A DNA stretch of 64,000 nt, taken from contig JANJGN010000152.1 of assembly GCA_026770705.1 (NCBI GenBank), forward strand, positions 682,001 to 746,000. The letters run 5' to 3'. The stretch comes from Isurus oxyrinchus (taxonomy: Eukaryota). This document shows positions 12,934 through 26,770 of this stretch, piece by piece; within the stretch, counting starts at the first letter, position 1, and every line of letters starts with the position of its first letter. The position numbers and the translations under genes were made by a program. The notes below the pieces were generated by a model that saw only the letters and a program-made list of their open reading frames with translations, made no database searches and was not told the origin of the DNA.

Positions 12934-15220
12934 CATAGAAACTAGGAGCAGGAGTAGGCCATTCGGCCCTTCGAGCCTGCTCCATCATTCAATATGATCA
13001 TGGCTGATCATCGAACTCAATAGCCTGCTCCAGCTTTCTCCCCACATCATTTGAGGCCTTTCACCCCAAAAGCTATATCTAACTCCTTATTGAGAACATA
13101 CAATGTTTTGGCCTCAACTACTGTCTTTGGTAGCAAATTTCACACGCTCACTACTCTCTGGGTGAAGAAATTTCTCCTCATATCAGTCCTAAATGGTCTA
13201 CCCCGTATCCACAGACTGTGACCCCTGGTTGTAGACTCCTCCACCATCGGGAACATCCTTCCTGCATCTACCCTGTTTAGTCCTGTTAGAATTCTATATG
13301 TTTCTATGAGATCCCCCCCCCCCCCCACCAATTCTTCTGAACTTCAGCGAATGTAATCCTAACCGACTCAATCTCTCCTCATATGTCAGTCCCGACATCC
13401 CAGGAATCAGTCTGAGTAAACATCGCCGTACTCCATCTATAGCAAGAATACCCTTCGTCAGAATGGAGACCAAAACTGCAGACAATATTCCAAAGGTGGT
13501 CTCACCAAGGCCCTGTATAATTGCAGCAAGGCACCCTGCTCCTGTACTCGAATCCTGTCGCTATGAAGGCCAACTTACCATTTGCCTTCTTTACCGCCTG
13601 GTGTACCTGCATGCTTACTTTCAACGACTGATGCACGAGGACATCCAGGTCTCGTTACACATTCCCCTTCCAATGTATAGCCATTCCGATAATAACCTGC
13701 CTTATTGTTTTTGCTACCAAAGTGGATAACATCACATTTTTGCACATTATATTGCATCTGCCATGCATTTGCCTATTCACTCAACTTTTCCAAATCTTAC
13801 TGAAGCATCTCTGCATCCTCCGCAAAGCTCACCCTCCCACCCAACTTTGTGTCATCGACAAATTTGGAGATATTACATTTAGCTCCTTCATCTAAATCAT
13901 TAATATATACCAATCGCTGCGGTACCCCACGAATCACTGCTGCCATTTGGAAAAAGGACCATTTATTCCAACTCTTTGTTTCCTGTCTGCCAAACAGTTT
14001 TCTATCTATCTCAAAACACTACTCCCAGTCCCATGTGCTTTAATTTTAAACGCTAATCCCTTATGTGGGACTTTGTCGAAGCCTTCTGAAAATCCAAATC
14101 CACTGGGCCCCCCTCATCAACTCTACTCGTTAAATTCTCGAAAACTTCCAGTAGATTTGTCAAGCAGGATTTCCCATTTGTAAATCCATGCTGACTCTGT
14201 CCGAATCTGTCACTGTTTTCCAAGTGCTCAGCTATTAAATTTTTCTAATAGACTTTTGAATTTTCCCCATTACGGACGTCAGGCTGGCTGGTTTATAATT
14301 CCTGCTTTTCTCTCAACTTGCCTTTTGGAATGGCAGGGTTACATTAACTAACCTCCAACCTGCAGGAACTGGTCCAGAGTATATAGAATCTCGGAAGATG
14401 ACCACCAATGCATCCATAATATTTGGGCCACTTTCTTAAGCACTCTGGGATATAGATTATCAGGGCCTGGGGGTTTATCGGCCTTCAATCCCATCAATTT
14501 CCACAACACCAACTCCCTACTAATACTGATTTCTTTCAGTTCCTCGCTTTCACTAAACCATGTGTTCCACAACATTCCTTGTTATTTTTGTCCTCCATTT
14601 TGAAGGCAAAGTATGTACTTAGTTGGTCGGCCATTTGTTTGTTCCCCATTATAAATTTCCCTGTTTCTTTCTATAAGGGGCCTACATTTGCCTTCACCAA
14701 TCTTTTTCTCTTCACATACCTACAGCAACTTTTACAGTCAGTTTTTATGTTCCCCGCAAGCTTACTTTCTGGCTCTATTTTCCCCTTCTTAATCAATTGC
14801 TTGGTCCTCCTTTGCTGAATTCTAGAGTGCTTCCAAACCTCAAGCCTGTTGTTTTTTCTGGCCAATATGTATGACTCTTCCTTGGATCTAACCTAAACTC
14901 TAAGTTCCCCTGTAAGCCATGGTTTGACCACCTTTCATATTTTACTTATGCGCCAGACAGGAATAAACAATTGTTTCAGTTCATCCATGCGCTGTTTGAA
15001 CGTTTGCCAATGCCTATCCACCTTTGTCCCTTTAAGTATTGTTTCTCAATCCATCATAGCCAACTCGCACCTCAAACCATCATAGTTTCCTTTATTAAGA
15101 TTCAGGGCCCTAGTCTCTGAATCAACTACGTCACTCTCCATCTTGATGAAGAATTCTATCATATTATGGTCGCTCATCCCCAAGGAGCCTCGCACAAGTA
15201 GATTGCCAATTATTCCTTTC
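12934..15220 (-). mobile_element. CR1 LINE, ~2.3 kb degenerate ORF2 plus 3' UTR
   Basis: KLAGNIKTDCKSCCRYVKRKR, LKADKPPGPDNLYPRVLK, MQYNVQKCDVIHFGSKN, IPGMSGLTYEERLSRLGLHSL, FFTQRVV. Confidence 0.92.
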
Positions 15221-16204
15221 TGATTGTGCTGATTTGAGAGTCATCTCATTGTGGATTCCACCTCAAATTCAGAACCTGAGCATAACTACCAGAATTCTAA
15301 TCGGGTTATTGAAAAGGTGCTATCTTTTTGGAGAGATCATGAACCTTGGCTGTTCTGGTAGGACTTAAAGCTCGCATTGTCCTACACAATATATTTGTCA
15401 ATATCCCCCTCTTGACCTTAAATAACCAAAGATACATTGCTGGGTTCCTCTGTCGTTGATGTTTCTGTGCATGAAGCTCATCTTCAAGTAATGCACTTAA
15501 AACCCATTTTACCTCCTGTGGAACGTGATGGGGTGGTCGGTCAGTGTCTGTTGACCTGCTAATACGATAATCAATGACTTGCACAGCATTTGTACATTAA
15601 TTACAATGTCAAATTTTCAACTAGTGCTGAAAATAAAAATGTGCTGTAGAAATAATGAGGCAGTGCTGTAGTGGCGCATTTGAAATCTGTAGACACGTAC
15701 TGGCAGCCGAACGGAGCTACTGCTCATAGTGCACAAGGACCTATCTCTGTCATTACTGTACAAGAGCATGTCATTGTCCTTAGTCCGCTCGAACGTATCT
15801 CAGTTGCACTGTACCAAATCATATTTTTGTTTATATTACACCAGACACTGGAACACGAATGATTGCACTCAGCCACGTTTCTCTATTAATGTAAAAATAA
15901 TGAGACAGTTCTACATAAAAATATACGATATAGGAATATATTAGGCAATCAACCATTCGAGTCCTCACCACCAAGCAGTAAATTTATGGTTCATGTTCTG
16001 CCTCAGTTCCACGTTACAGGAATATCCCCATATTCCTTAATTCTTTTTATCACCAGAAACCTCACAGTTCAATGGGGACAGAAACTTCAGTCCCAAATTG
16101 TCAACCCTGTATGCTGAGATTGTGAGCCTTGGTACTAGATTCCCCGGTGAAGCCGAAATCCTCGCAGCTCCTTAAAAATTATATGTGAGATCCCGTCTCA
16201 TTAT

Positions 16205-17345
16205 TATCAGAGGATAGTTGAAAGCGACTGCCCTTGACATGAAGGCAGCATTTGACTGAGTGTGGCGTCAAGGGGCCCTGGCAAAACTGGAGTCAATGGG
16301 TATTTGGAAGAAAGCTCTCCGCTGGTTGGAGTCATGCACAGCACAAAAGAAGATCGTTGTGGCTGTTAAAAGCCAATCATCTCATTTCTGGTACATCACT
16401 GCAGGAGTTCCTCAGGGTCGTGCCCTCAGCCCCACCATCTTCAGCTGCTTCATCAATGACCTTACTTAGATGAGAGGGTTAGAAGTGATGAGGTCCACTG
16501 ATGATTGCACAATATTCAGCACCATTCACGACTCCTCAGGTACTGAGGCAGTCCATGTCCAAATGCAGCAAGACCTAGCCAATGTCCAGACTTGGGCTGA
16601 TAAGTGGTAAGTAACATTGACGCCACACAGGTACCAGGCAATGAACATCTCCAACAAGAAAGAATCTGACCATTGCCTCTTGACGTGCAAAGGCATTGCC
16701 ATCTCAGAATCCCCACATATCAACATCCTGGGTGTTATCATTGACCAGAAACTGAACTGGACTAGCCACATGAATACTATGCCTGCAAGAGCAGGCCAGA
16801 AGCTAGGAGTCTTACGTCAAGTAATTCACCCCCTGACTCACTAAAGCCTGTCCACTATCCACAAGGCACAAGTCACGGGTGTTTTGGAATAATCTCCATT
16901 TGTTTGAATGAGCACCGCAATCAAGAAGCTTGATGCAGCCCCTGATCAAACAACCCACTTGTTTGACACCCCATCAACGAACATTCACTCCCTCCACCAC
17001 CGACGCACATCAACAAGCTGCACTGCAGGAATTCACCAAGGCTCCTTAGACAGCAACTTCCAAACTCAGGACCACGACTAGCAAGAAGGGCAACACAGCA
17101 GACACATAGGATTGCCACCATTAGGAATCATCCCATCCAAGACACCCAGCATTCTAACTTGGGAAAATATCACCAGTCTTTCACTGTCGCTGGGTCAAAA
17201 TCCTGGAACCCCATCTGTAATTGTACTCTGGGTGCACCTGCACCACAGGGACTTCAGCGATTCTGCAAGGCAGCTCACGAACCCCTTCTCAAGGGCAATT
17301 ATGATGGGCAAAAAATGCTGGCCCAGTCAACGAAGCCCACATCCT
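16205..17345 (+). mobile_element. CR1-like LINE, RT domain to 3' tail
   Basis: ALDMKAAFD*VWRQGALAKL, GVPQGRALSPTIFSCFINDL, INILGVIIDQKLNWTSH; degenerate. Confidence 0.9.
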
Positions 17346-17939
17346 TTAAAAAAAATTTAAAAGTTCAGTGAAATGTGTGCAAAGCCGACTTAACCTCTCA
17401 TCATGAAACAAGCACCTCATCCCAGGAATTAATGTGGTCAACCTTTGTCACATCCTCTCTAAGGCAAATACATCCTTCCTTAGGTTTGAAGACCAAAACT
17501 GTACACTGTACCCGAGGTAATCTCACCAAGGCCTTATACAATTGCTGTAAGACTTCTAAACTCTTATACTCTAATCCATTTCAAAAATGGCTAAGATACC
17601 ATTTGATTTCCTAACCGCATACTGTGCCACAATTTTAACTTTCCGTGATCTATAGCTAATGCCCTGTCCCCCCGTCCCCTCAGCACCACTACCAAGTGCA
17701 GAATTTCACGCTTCGTCCGTCTTCTGTGCTGCTTCCACACTTTTAACCGGTTTGTATTCCTTTACAGAATCTTAGAGTCCTCCTGAGAGCTATCATTTCC
17801 ATTAACATTGTGGCATCGGCGAACTAGGGTCATTGCATTCAGCGTCCACCCGATGGCAGTAGGACCATTCCTTCATTTGTATTTCAGCAGGCTATGTTAA
17901 AAATGTATTAGACGATGCCACTGTTTTTAAAGGGTGTCC

Positions 17940-19620
17940 TCTCTCAGTTTTTAATTCACTAGACCATGCCTCTGATCATTTTAAACCAGATCATATTTCT
18001 GTTTATATTAGACTAAGTGGTATTTTACTACAGCATGAGAATCGCCCCCTGCTCGTATCACACTAGGTCCTGCTTTATTTAATACTGCACAAGGCTATAG
18101 TTCTGTTAACTTGCATCCTGTCTTTGTTGTAAACTGTGAAGTGTCCATTTGCAAATTATTCCAGGCCTTATCTCAGTTTTCATTATACTAGATTCTCTCT
18201 CTGTCCATATTACCACAGACATTTATCTGATTTCATATCACACTATATCATGTTTTGACATAATATCCCAGAACACCATGCCATTGTTCTATCTCCTACA
18301 GACTCGGTCTCAGTGCAGTTCCGTTGTTGCTGCACGAGATCACATGTTATTCTATGTTGGACTTGTCTCTTGCGTCTTTGCACCCGTGTCTATCTTAGCT
18401 CTTTCTACTCTTTAACATGTGTCAGGCCATCTCTTAATTGTTACTCCACTCGACCATGTATCTGTTTGCTTTCGGGCGGAACCAGCATCAGTTTATTGTT
18501 GCCGTCCAACACATCCCTTCTGACATTACAGTCGGCCAGGTCTTAGACATTAATGAATTAAATTATGCTTCAGCTATATTACACTGGGGGATGATTCAGT
18601 TAATCGTGCAGTCGGCTATGTCTCGGTTAAAATGCCAGTAGACCCTGTTCCTGTTTATATTAAGCAATAGCATGACACTTCGTATGTTTCTCTGGGTATT
18701 CGTCATTATTGGATTGGATAAAGTCACTGTTCACAATAATTGAGGACCTGCCTCTAGACTCTGTCCTTGTTCATATTACACAAGCTTCCAGCCACGTTTA
18801 TATTGCAGTAGACGCTGTTCTACATATTACATTACATTGTTGAACTGTTTAAGTTACACTAATCCTATCTCAGTTATTGGTGTAAGAATATGATCTCTGT
18901 TCGTATTACACAAAATTGGGCCATAGATATTAATGCACTAGAATGTGTGTTTCAACTTATAAAAGATTCAGCCTTGCCTGTTTTTACGACAGTAGAGCAT
19001 CTCGCTATTTGTATTATGCTGGACTGTGCTTAAGCAATTATTGCATTAGATGACCTTTCTTTGTTAGCACTGAACTATGTGAGTCGTTCTCTTATGCATA
19101 GCGCTTTTTCTATGCTCTGCTTCAAACGATGTGGTTGCTTATATTGCGCAAGACCCTATCTCAGTTTTCACAGCACAAGCCAATGCCATTGTTTACATTA
19201 AAATAGACGTGTATCCTTTAACATTGTTTTCGGCGGTAGACCATTTCTATCTTTATTTTACACTAGACCTTGTATCAGTGAGTACTGCACTGAAGACAGT
19301 GTTTCTTTCTGTTAGACCAGGGTCGGTCAGTGTTTGAACTTCACCACTGGTTGTGCAGTTATATCAGCACTAAATCGTGTCTTCGTTTAATTTACACTAG
19401 ATGCTTTTTCAGTTTTCACTCCGGTATACCATGCTTATCTCACAAAGCACTGAGTTAGCACTTACTTAGAATATGTCTCTGTTTAAAATATTTGAAACAT
19501 TGCTTTCACTTATATTACACAATGTCTGCCTCTGTTATTGCAGTACGACACTAAACATTTATTTATAATACTCCTGATTATGTGTCTATTTATATTACAG
19601 TGGGTTTTGTGGCACCTAGT
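17940..19620 (+). repeat. Highly degenerate ~27-bp minisatellite (consensus about tattacactagaccctgtctctgttta)
   Basis: Recurrent tattacac/ctagacc/tctctgttta motifs with ~27-bp phasing; related blocks at ~1930-2350 and ~15730-15900. Confidence 0.7.
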
Positions 19621-19911
19621 GTTCCACTAGTATGACGTAAGCATGCACACTAGTGATCTTTGCTGTCCCAACCGGACTGGCGCTAACTGCGTTTGTTTCT
19701 TGCTTACGTTTATCACCTGGTAATTTCTGCTGTTTGTAACTGAGCAACTTTCCGGATGTCATTGAGGTGATCGTGTGCCAAGGAAGCAAACCTTGATTAA
19801 GCACGTGCTCGGCAAGACTTTAACATTAGAGTCAGGAATATTTTGCCAGGACTTTAGAGCTGACGCCTGTTGAGCTGTTCCAGATCTCCTTTGTAATAGG
19901 TATACTGGGAG

Positions 19912-20437
19912 ATGTGAGCCCTGTTTTGATGTGACTTATCATTCTTCCCCTTTTAATCTGTAAGTATTAAAATGATTTCCTTTCTCTGGTGTAAATTATC
20001 CAAACGCCCCTTATAATAGTTATACCGCAATTTTGGACTGGAATGCTCGTAATCACTAAGTGTGTTAACAACTGTTTTCTATATTATTTTACAGGTAAAA
20101 CCCGAGGGAGTTCGGTAGTGCAGAGATAACATGAGTTGAAGTTACATGAGGAAGATAATCCGCAATTGAACTGTGATTACAACTCCAGTTCTGATGGATC
20201 CAGGTTGCTACTGGTACCGGCTGCACCCGAACCAGGCATCCCTTTTTCTGTTGTACCATGATAAAACCAGGCGCAGGGATGCCGAGTTTGCGAACAGAAA
20301 ATTCGATGCTCGTCATTTCCGTCATTATCAAGTTTTTCGTTTGCCAATTTCTATAGCGGAGCCTAAAGACAGCGCCATCTATTTCTGCGGATTGAGGATC
20401 ACAGTGTGACAAAGCCGCTCTACTCCGTACAAAAACA
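19912..20437 (+). pseudogene. TCR alpha/delta V pseudogene with intact RSS
   Basis: Damaged leader with gtaagt donor at 19960; V exon from 20095: SSVVQR*...QLNCDYN, frameshift, CYWYRLHPNQ...DSAIYFCGLR; RSS cacagtg (20400)-22-acaaaaaca. Confidence 0.9.
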
Positions 20438-21763
20438 TCGTTATACCAGAGAAAAGCTGGAGAGAGAAGGAAAGGCATCTGCCACGGAGCGACTCTTCAA
20501 AAAAAAAATTTCTCATTGAGAAAATGATGAAAAACACATTTTTCATGTTCTAACACAATGGTGTCAAGGAGTACGGATATCATTTAGCTCGAGTGAATCG
20601 AGAAACCTGTTTTTCCCATGGAACAGAGAAACTAAGGGGAATTTTAATTGAGGTGACCAAAGCTATGAAAATTTTCTTATAAAGTACATGAGGGGAAATC
20701 ATTTCTTCTGGCAGGATGGTCGATAATCAGATGGTATCGATTTAAGTTAATCATTCTGGGGAGGGCGGGGATAAAGGGTGGGTGTGAGGATTTATGAGTT
20801 GTTTCAAGGCGAGTTATTGTGATCTTGAAAGCCTTCCTGAAAGAATGATGGTAGCAGGTACAATATTAAGCAATTGGATAAATGTTTCAAAATGAAACAT
20901 GCAGGTATACGGAAAAAGAAAATAGCCTGGGGTTTATTGGATAACTCCTGCAGGCTTCAAGCTTAACCACATGACCTCTTTATGTGCTGTGTTATCAATA
21001 AATCCTACAAACCACAGTCAATTCTCATTCCGGTGTAAGCTGTACTGTGGAGCACTTTCACCATACACACTCTGGCGGTTGGAGGAGAAGGCTCATCATA
21101 ACATTCTTATGTGAAGTGAGGGATGGGCAATAAATGCCGATCTTGCCACCATCGCCCATAACTGGGCAATGGCTAGAACAACACTGGGAAAAGCAGCTGT
21201 ACCCTTATGACAATCATCGTGTGATTTCTTCCTCAGTGTCTCTTATTCACCCTTCCCTTCATTATTTGTGTCTCTTCCGTCTTTTTCAGTCCTGTTATTC
21301 CCTCTCCTAGTTCCTCTGGTTCGCTATGTCCCTCCTGCAACATGAAGAATGTACAATTGTTCTTTAAATGACCTCATTATTTTCTCTTCTGACCAAGAAG
21401 TCTGAGGAGGGGAGGGAGGGGCGAATTGCCAAACACAAACCCCATCCAGAATAGTTCCCCCCAGCCGCCAAACGTTGTCCCCTCCTCCTTCCACCTACTG
21501 AGTGATATTCTGAGTGATGCCATTAGACGGCGTAGGAGGAAGTAGAGAAATTATATTTGGCCAGTCAGCACTCGTGTCAAAATGCGGTTACCGAGTCAAC
21601 TCATTCGCTACTTCTTATTGGAAAAGAATTACAAAAGGTACTTCCACCAGCCCCCGCTCCCTACTCCCCTTCCGTTAAAGCTCTCTGCAGAACTGTTTCG
21701 TAATGTAACAGATTGCAATAGTAAATATATCTGCTATTCGAAGAGATTGTTGCTGAGGATATA

Positions 21764-21991
21764 ATGAGGCTTATGCCGCATCCTCATCTGATTTTATTGT
21801 GGCTGATGTTCGGATAGAAGCAGTAAAAAAGATGCAGATTTTACCAAAGAGAAATTCGAGGCAGGTCAGACTAACGAAGGAAGGTCATTTCCTCTTACAA
21901 TCACTCGAGCAGAAATCCAGGAGACCGCCGTATATTTCTGTGCGCTGAGGAACACACTGGTTTAAAACTCATCTGTGGCTATACAAAAACC
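21764..21991 (+). pseudogene. TCR V pseudogene with intron and 5' half of the V exon deleted
   Basis: Leader MRLMPHPHLILLWLMFG fused to DRSSKKDADFTKEKFEAGQTNEGRSFPLTITRAEIQETAVYFCALR; RSS cacactg (21953)-23-acaaaaacc. Confidence 0.9.
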
Positions 21992-22049
21992 CCAGTGATG
22001 TAAAACTGCCAGTTCAAAGAAACCCGGCCTTTTTGGGAAAGTGCTATCC

Positions 22050-22500
22050 ACGACTCAGTTTAACTGTTCCATCTCACAACTGTAATGTAAGTGTTCAGGC
22101 CCCACTCTAGAAGTGTGAGCACTTAACTCAGGCTGACACTTCTACTGCCAGTATGAAGGGAGCGCTGCAATGTCCGTGGTGCCATTTTTCGGATGAGCTA
22201 TTAAATGGAAACTCCGCCTCTCACGCACCCACCACCAACCCCCCCCCCCCCCCCCCCCAACCCCCTATCAACTCCCTCCCCGAGGAGGACCTTAAAAACC
22301 CTGCCGCTTGTTGCACAAAAGAACTGGTCAGTTCTCCCGTGCATTTAAACCTCAAACGATATCAATGAAACAAATGATCACATGGCTCTTTGTAGGAGCT
22401 TGCTGTGCATAACTTGACTATTTCCTACATTGCCATAGTGACTGCAATTCTAATTTACTTAATTTCTACTGTGGGCAGTCTGGATGGACTGGGTCGTCCT
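22050..22500 (+). mobile_element. DeuSINE/SacSINE1-like SINE, degenerate
   Basis: gttcaggccccactctaga...ggctgacact...gggagcgctgcaatgtc...tttcggatgag body, shared with the copy at 39640. Confidence 0.6.
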
Positions 22501-23058
22501 TTGCTTTCTGTAATTTTTGATGGAAATAGTAAATTAATTATAGCAACTTGTGGGCCAGTCCACAACTTTTTCTGTTTTTCATCCAACACTAATAAAAATG
22601 GTGTCAGTAACTCGACCTGGCCTCATGACCGGCCCTTGCGGCGTTGCGTAAGCAAATGGGATATTCTGTGCACCAATCCACGAACAGTTATTGAGCGCAA
22701 CCCCTCAAAAGGCTCGCTACTCCCACACTAAGAACATTGGACTGTATCGAAAGCAGATCCCCTTCCCCTTTCCGATAATTTGTCTCATTAATCTGCTCTA
22801 CTCCACCTTCCCTTTACCTATATCTGAGACAACAGGGTTTTGATGACCTAGTTTAATTTTTGAGCGGGAAAACAAAAACCGCAGGATGGCAGTTATACCA
22901 ATCAGAAAAAAGTCCACGGTGAAATATACACGTTCAAGCGAATTCCTCCGGCGGTTTGTAAACTTGAGCAAATATTTCTACCTGTTAGGAAATGGGGAAC
23001 ATGGCAGCATTAATCTCAATATTTTCAGTTATGCTCATTTTTAAACCATATTTGTGCT

Positions 23059-23602
23059 AGCTCCGTGTGAGATTTGGAGAGATTTTGCAAAGCAGGTAGA
23101 ACAGAATAAAATAGACAGGTCAATATTCCTAGAAATATTGCTTCACGTCATAAAGTAATCACAATGTAATACAAGGCAGTCAAAATCTGTAAGTGACCGA
23201 CACCGGCAAGTCAACGCCTTCCTAAGTGACCTGAGTAACAAAGAGTTCTTAGGCTTCCCTAATTGATCTGCTGCTTTATTCAATAGTTTTCATTATTTTT
23301 CATCACCATTGTTGGACCCTGGCACTGTAGTCAATTTCACGGCGATGCGAGTACGTAATTTCTGCTTTATTTTAGCAGTTACGTGAGATGGTGGGGTAGC
23401 GGCAATGTCACTGGTCCCTGTAAGGCCTTAGATCACTTAGGAACGCGTTGACTCGTCTGTGTCGGTCACTTACAGATGTTGACTGCCTTGTATTACATTG
23501 TAATTACTTTATGATGTGATACAATATTTCCTGGATTTTATCCTCCCTATTTTATTCTGTTCTCCCCGCTTTACAAAACTTCTCCAACTCTCACACGGTG
23601 CT
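23059..23602. repeat. Inverted repeat, ~176-bp arms (23059-23235 and 23427-23602)
   Basis: e.g. acaatgtaatacaaggcagtcaaaatctgtaagtgaccgacac vs gtgtcggtcacttacagatgttgactgccttgtattacattgt. Confidence 0.9.
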
Positions 23603-23936
23603 GATGTGGAGACTGGGTTCAATCTTCCCCCCACCCCCACCACCCGCCCCCCACCCCCCCGCACCCCCCCCCCCCCCCCCCACCCTCCCCTCCGGCCCCC
23701 CACAGCAAGTGGTGGAATTGAATCTGTTCAATTAATTAATAAAAGCAATCTCGAATTGAAAACAGATTAGTCTCAATGGCGATCATCTGTTGCCATGACA
23801 AAAACAAAACCTCTGGTTCTCTAATGTCCTTTAGGGAAGGGAACCTGCAGTCCTTACTTGGTCTGGCCTGCATGTGACTCCACAGCCCCAGCCATGTAGT
23901 TGAGCCTTAACTGCCCTCCAGAATGGCCTAGCAAGG
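23385..23936 (+). mobile_element. LF-SINE-like tRNA-derived SINE interrupted by the right arm of the inverted repeat
   Basis: Head gtggggtagcggcaatgtcactgg; body ctggttctctaatgtcctttagggaagggaacctgcagtccttacttggtctggcctgcatgtgactcc; related copies at ~35275-35640 (+) and ~42230-42600 (-). Confidence 0.6.
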
Positions 23937-24904
23937 TAATTTGTGTTGGGAAGCAGCTTCTGGCTGTATTCATATATTTCCTGATATATTTGGTGTCTTT
24001 GCTGCCCTCTTAAAGCAGCATTTAAAAGTGTCGTGTGATTAAATCAAATCTCGCTGGCACTTCTACTAAATTATCGGTCACTCTTCTCTCTCATATTGAT
24101 TACAAATTCCCCATTGCACAGGATTTTGCTGCCAGTTAGTGGACATTTTCTCTTCATTGACAACTCGGAATTAGTGCCAAATATGAATCGCAAAAATTAC
24201 AGTTGCTGAGAAACGGTGTTAATATCTACTTGGACAAAACATATTCATGGAATCGAATGAAGTTAGACAGAGAGAAACAGACAAAGTAAACCGAATGATA
24301 AATTTCACAAGATGCATATAATTTGTTATAACACTCCTGAGCAAAATAAGGAGCCAAAATTGCATTATAACGGAACACGGCAGGCAACAAGGTGAAAAAA
24401 GAATCAACTTATTTTCGAATTCATTTTATTTTCAATTTCCAAGCTATCTGAGGCAATGTTTTTAAACTTAACTAAAAGCGAAACATATTAGAGGAAACGA
24501 AGTGATGCACGGTAACATTGAAACTGATACAGTCGGTGCAAACACGAGCAGAAAACTTTCCGTTAAGATTCAGTTAGCAGTTTGTTTTCAAATGCCAGGG
24601 CGCATAAAAGAGCAAAAACTAAAGATTTCGACAGAAAAATAGCTCCGGTGAACTTCTTTGGCTGGACTGAAAAGGATTATTTCAGACAAAACAGAAAACA
24701 AAACAATTTTTTTGCAAAAAATATCTTGTGTTTCTGAAGATCCAACCAAAGAGTACTGGAAAAAAAACAGTCGGTTTAACGACAAAACCAACTCATTTTA
24801 GAACAATAATATAATTTTTAAAGTTGTATATGAACATTTAATGATTCCGATCTCACTCTTTCTCTCTCTGCACGTCCTTTCTCTATTTCATTCACTCTCG
24901 AAGT

Positions 24905-25270
24905 AAAGCTCCCTCTGCGCTGTCAAAAAAATCCCAGGACAGGTACAGCACAGGGTTAGATACAGAGTGAAGCTCCATCTATACTGTCCCCATCAAACGC
25001 TCTCAGAATAGGTACAGCACGGGGTTAGATCCACAGTAAAGCTCCCTCTATAATGTGCCTGTCAATCACTCCCAGATTTGACGCAACTGTTAGATACAGA
25101 GCAATGTTCTCTCCATCCTGCCCCTGTAAAACACTCCAATTTTGATGCAACTTTGTTAGATACAGGGTAAATCTCCCTCTATACTTTCCCTGTAAAACAC
25201 TCCCAGATTTGATGTAACTCTGTCAGATATAGAGTAAAGCCTTCTTTATAATTTCCCATAAACACTTCTA
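24905..25270 (-). repeat. ~65-bp tandem satellite
   Basis: 5-6 units of gttagatacagagtaaagctccctctacactgtcccc...aaacactcccag. Confidence 0.85.
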
Positions 25271-26232
25271 GGGCAGAAATATAGGTTATAATAAAGGACA
25301 TTCTCAAAGTTATAATGGGCTTTAAACTTTTGACTATTTAATTTCCAATTTAAATTATGTTTATTTAGAATGAAAGAACTTGCATTTTTCTAGCACGTTA
25401 CTCGCTCTTATGATGTACCAAAATGCTTTGCACCATTCTATCTACTGGAATGCTTTTGAAGTTAAAATGTTGCAATACAGGGGAACGAACCAGAAAATAA
25501 TACTTAGAACAGGATCCAACAAAGAGAAATGTGAAATTAAACATTTAACCTGATATTAGATATGATTAAGGCTAAATATTGGAACAATACGCCAGGGACA
25601 ATCCCCATGTTCTTCCAAAAGTAATGCAATTAGAAATGTTATGCCATGAGATAGTTCAGGAAAGGACTCGGTTTCAATTCACATCCAAAAAGTGATATGT
25701 CCGAAATTGCAGCTCTTCCTCAAATGTTAGGCAGGATTTTGTGCTGAAATTTGTGAACTGGGGCGTGTTCATTCGGTTTGATGAAGGTGACAACTCTACT
25801 AATGCAAAGCATAGCGAGCACACCCTTTCCCCAGTCTATAGCTCAACAGATTAGAGGACTGTCATTGTTCATTAGGCTAAATATAATTCATAAAATGTAA
25901 CAGGTTGATACCGACATTCAGTTGGAGTTGGGGAGACGGGACAAAAAGGAGATTGTTATTTCAGGTGCCATTTTTCGTTATTTGCTAGTGTCACAATGTT
26001 TTCTCTTCCTGTCCCATATCTCAGAATATTACATAAACACTGCGGTGCAGGACGAGACCAAACGCTGCATATTTACTGCTATTACCCCTTTGTTAAGATT
26101 AAATCGGCATCTTCAGGTGCTCGTAAGAGTAACTGCAAACGGAAGTTGTTGGCGGGATTGCAGCTGGCAGTGTTTCCGCCAGTTCTGCCTCTCTAATTTC
26201 AGTTTGATAACAGGGAGGAACATCTAACCACT

Positions 26233-26246
26233 GCGCCCTCTGGTGG
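26233..26246 (-). promoter_or_regulatory. CTCF-binding motif CCACCAGAGGGCGC
   Basis: Exact fit to CCASYAGRKGGCRS; retained in the paralogous arm at 57096. Confidence 0.7.
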
Positions 26247-26770
26247 GAAATCTAAGAATATTACACCTTTAGAACAATGAGCCGAATGCAAGTTTATCCA
26301 TGGGACAATTTCCAGCAACGACTTTTTCAGGGACGTACTTCAAAAAATTCAACTGTGTAACTATCAAGTAAATATGAGTGAAGTTAAAGGAAAGGGCATT
26401 TTACTTTATATAAGCTTTTTTCAATAATTATTTTATCTGATCTTTACCTCTATGCTTCACACTCGTTAATTTTTACTTGTTTCCTCTTATCGTTCGATTG
26501 TTTCCTAATTTTCTGTCCTCTTCACCAATGGTTAAACACAGTTTTGCTTTCTGTTTTTCTCCCACTCATTCTGGATTGTGCGATAAGTTTTTTCTTTTTC
26601 TCTCCAACTCTGTGTCCAATTCTCTTCATTTCTGACTATCTTTAAGTATTTCAATTCTAGATTTTATTTTTTGTTTTGTTTTCATAGCCCCTACCCTGGG
26701 ATCTTTGTAAAAGCACCACTCAAAAGGCCGATGATCGAATAACAGTGGTGTGGTTCGCCCACTTGGTCCA

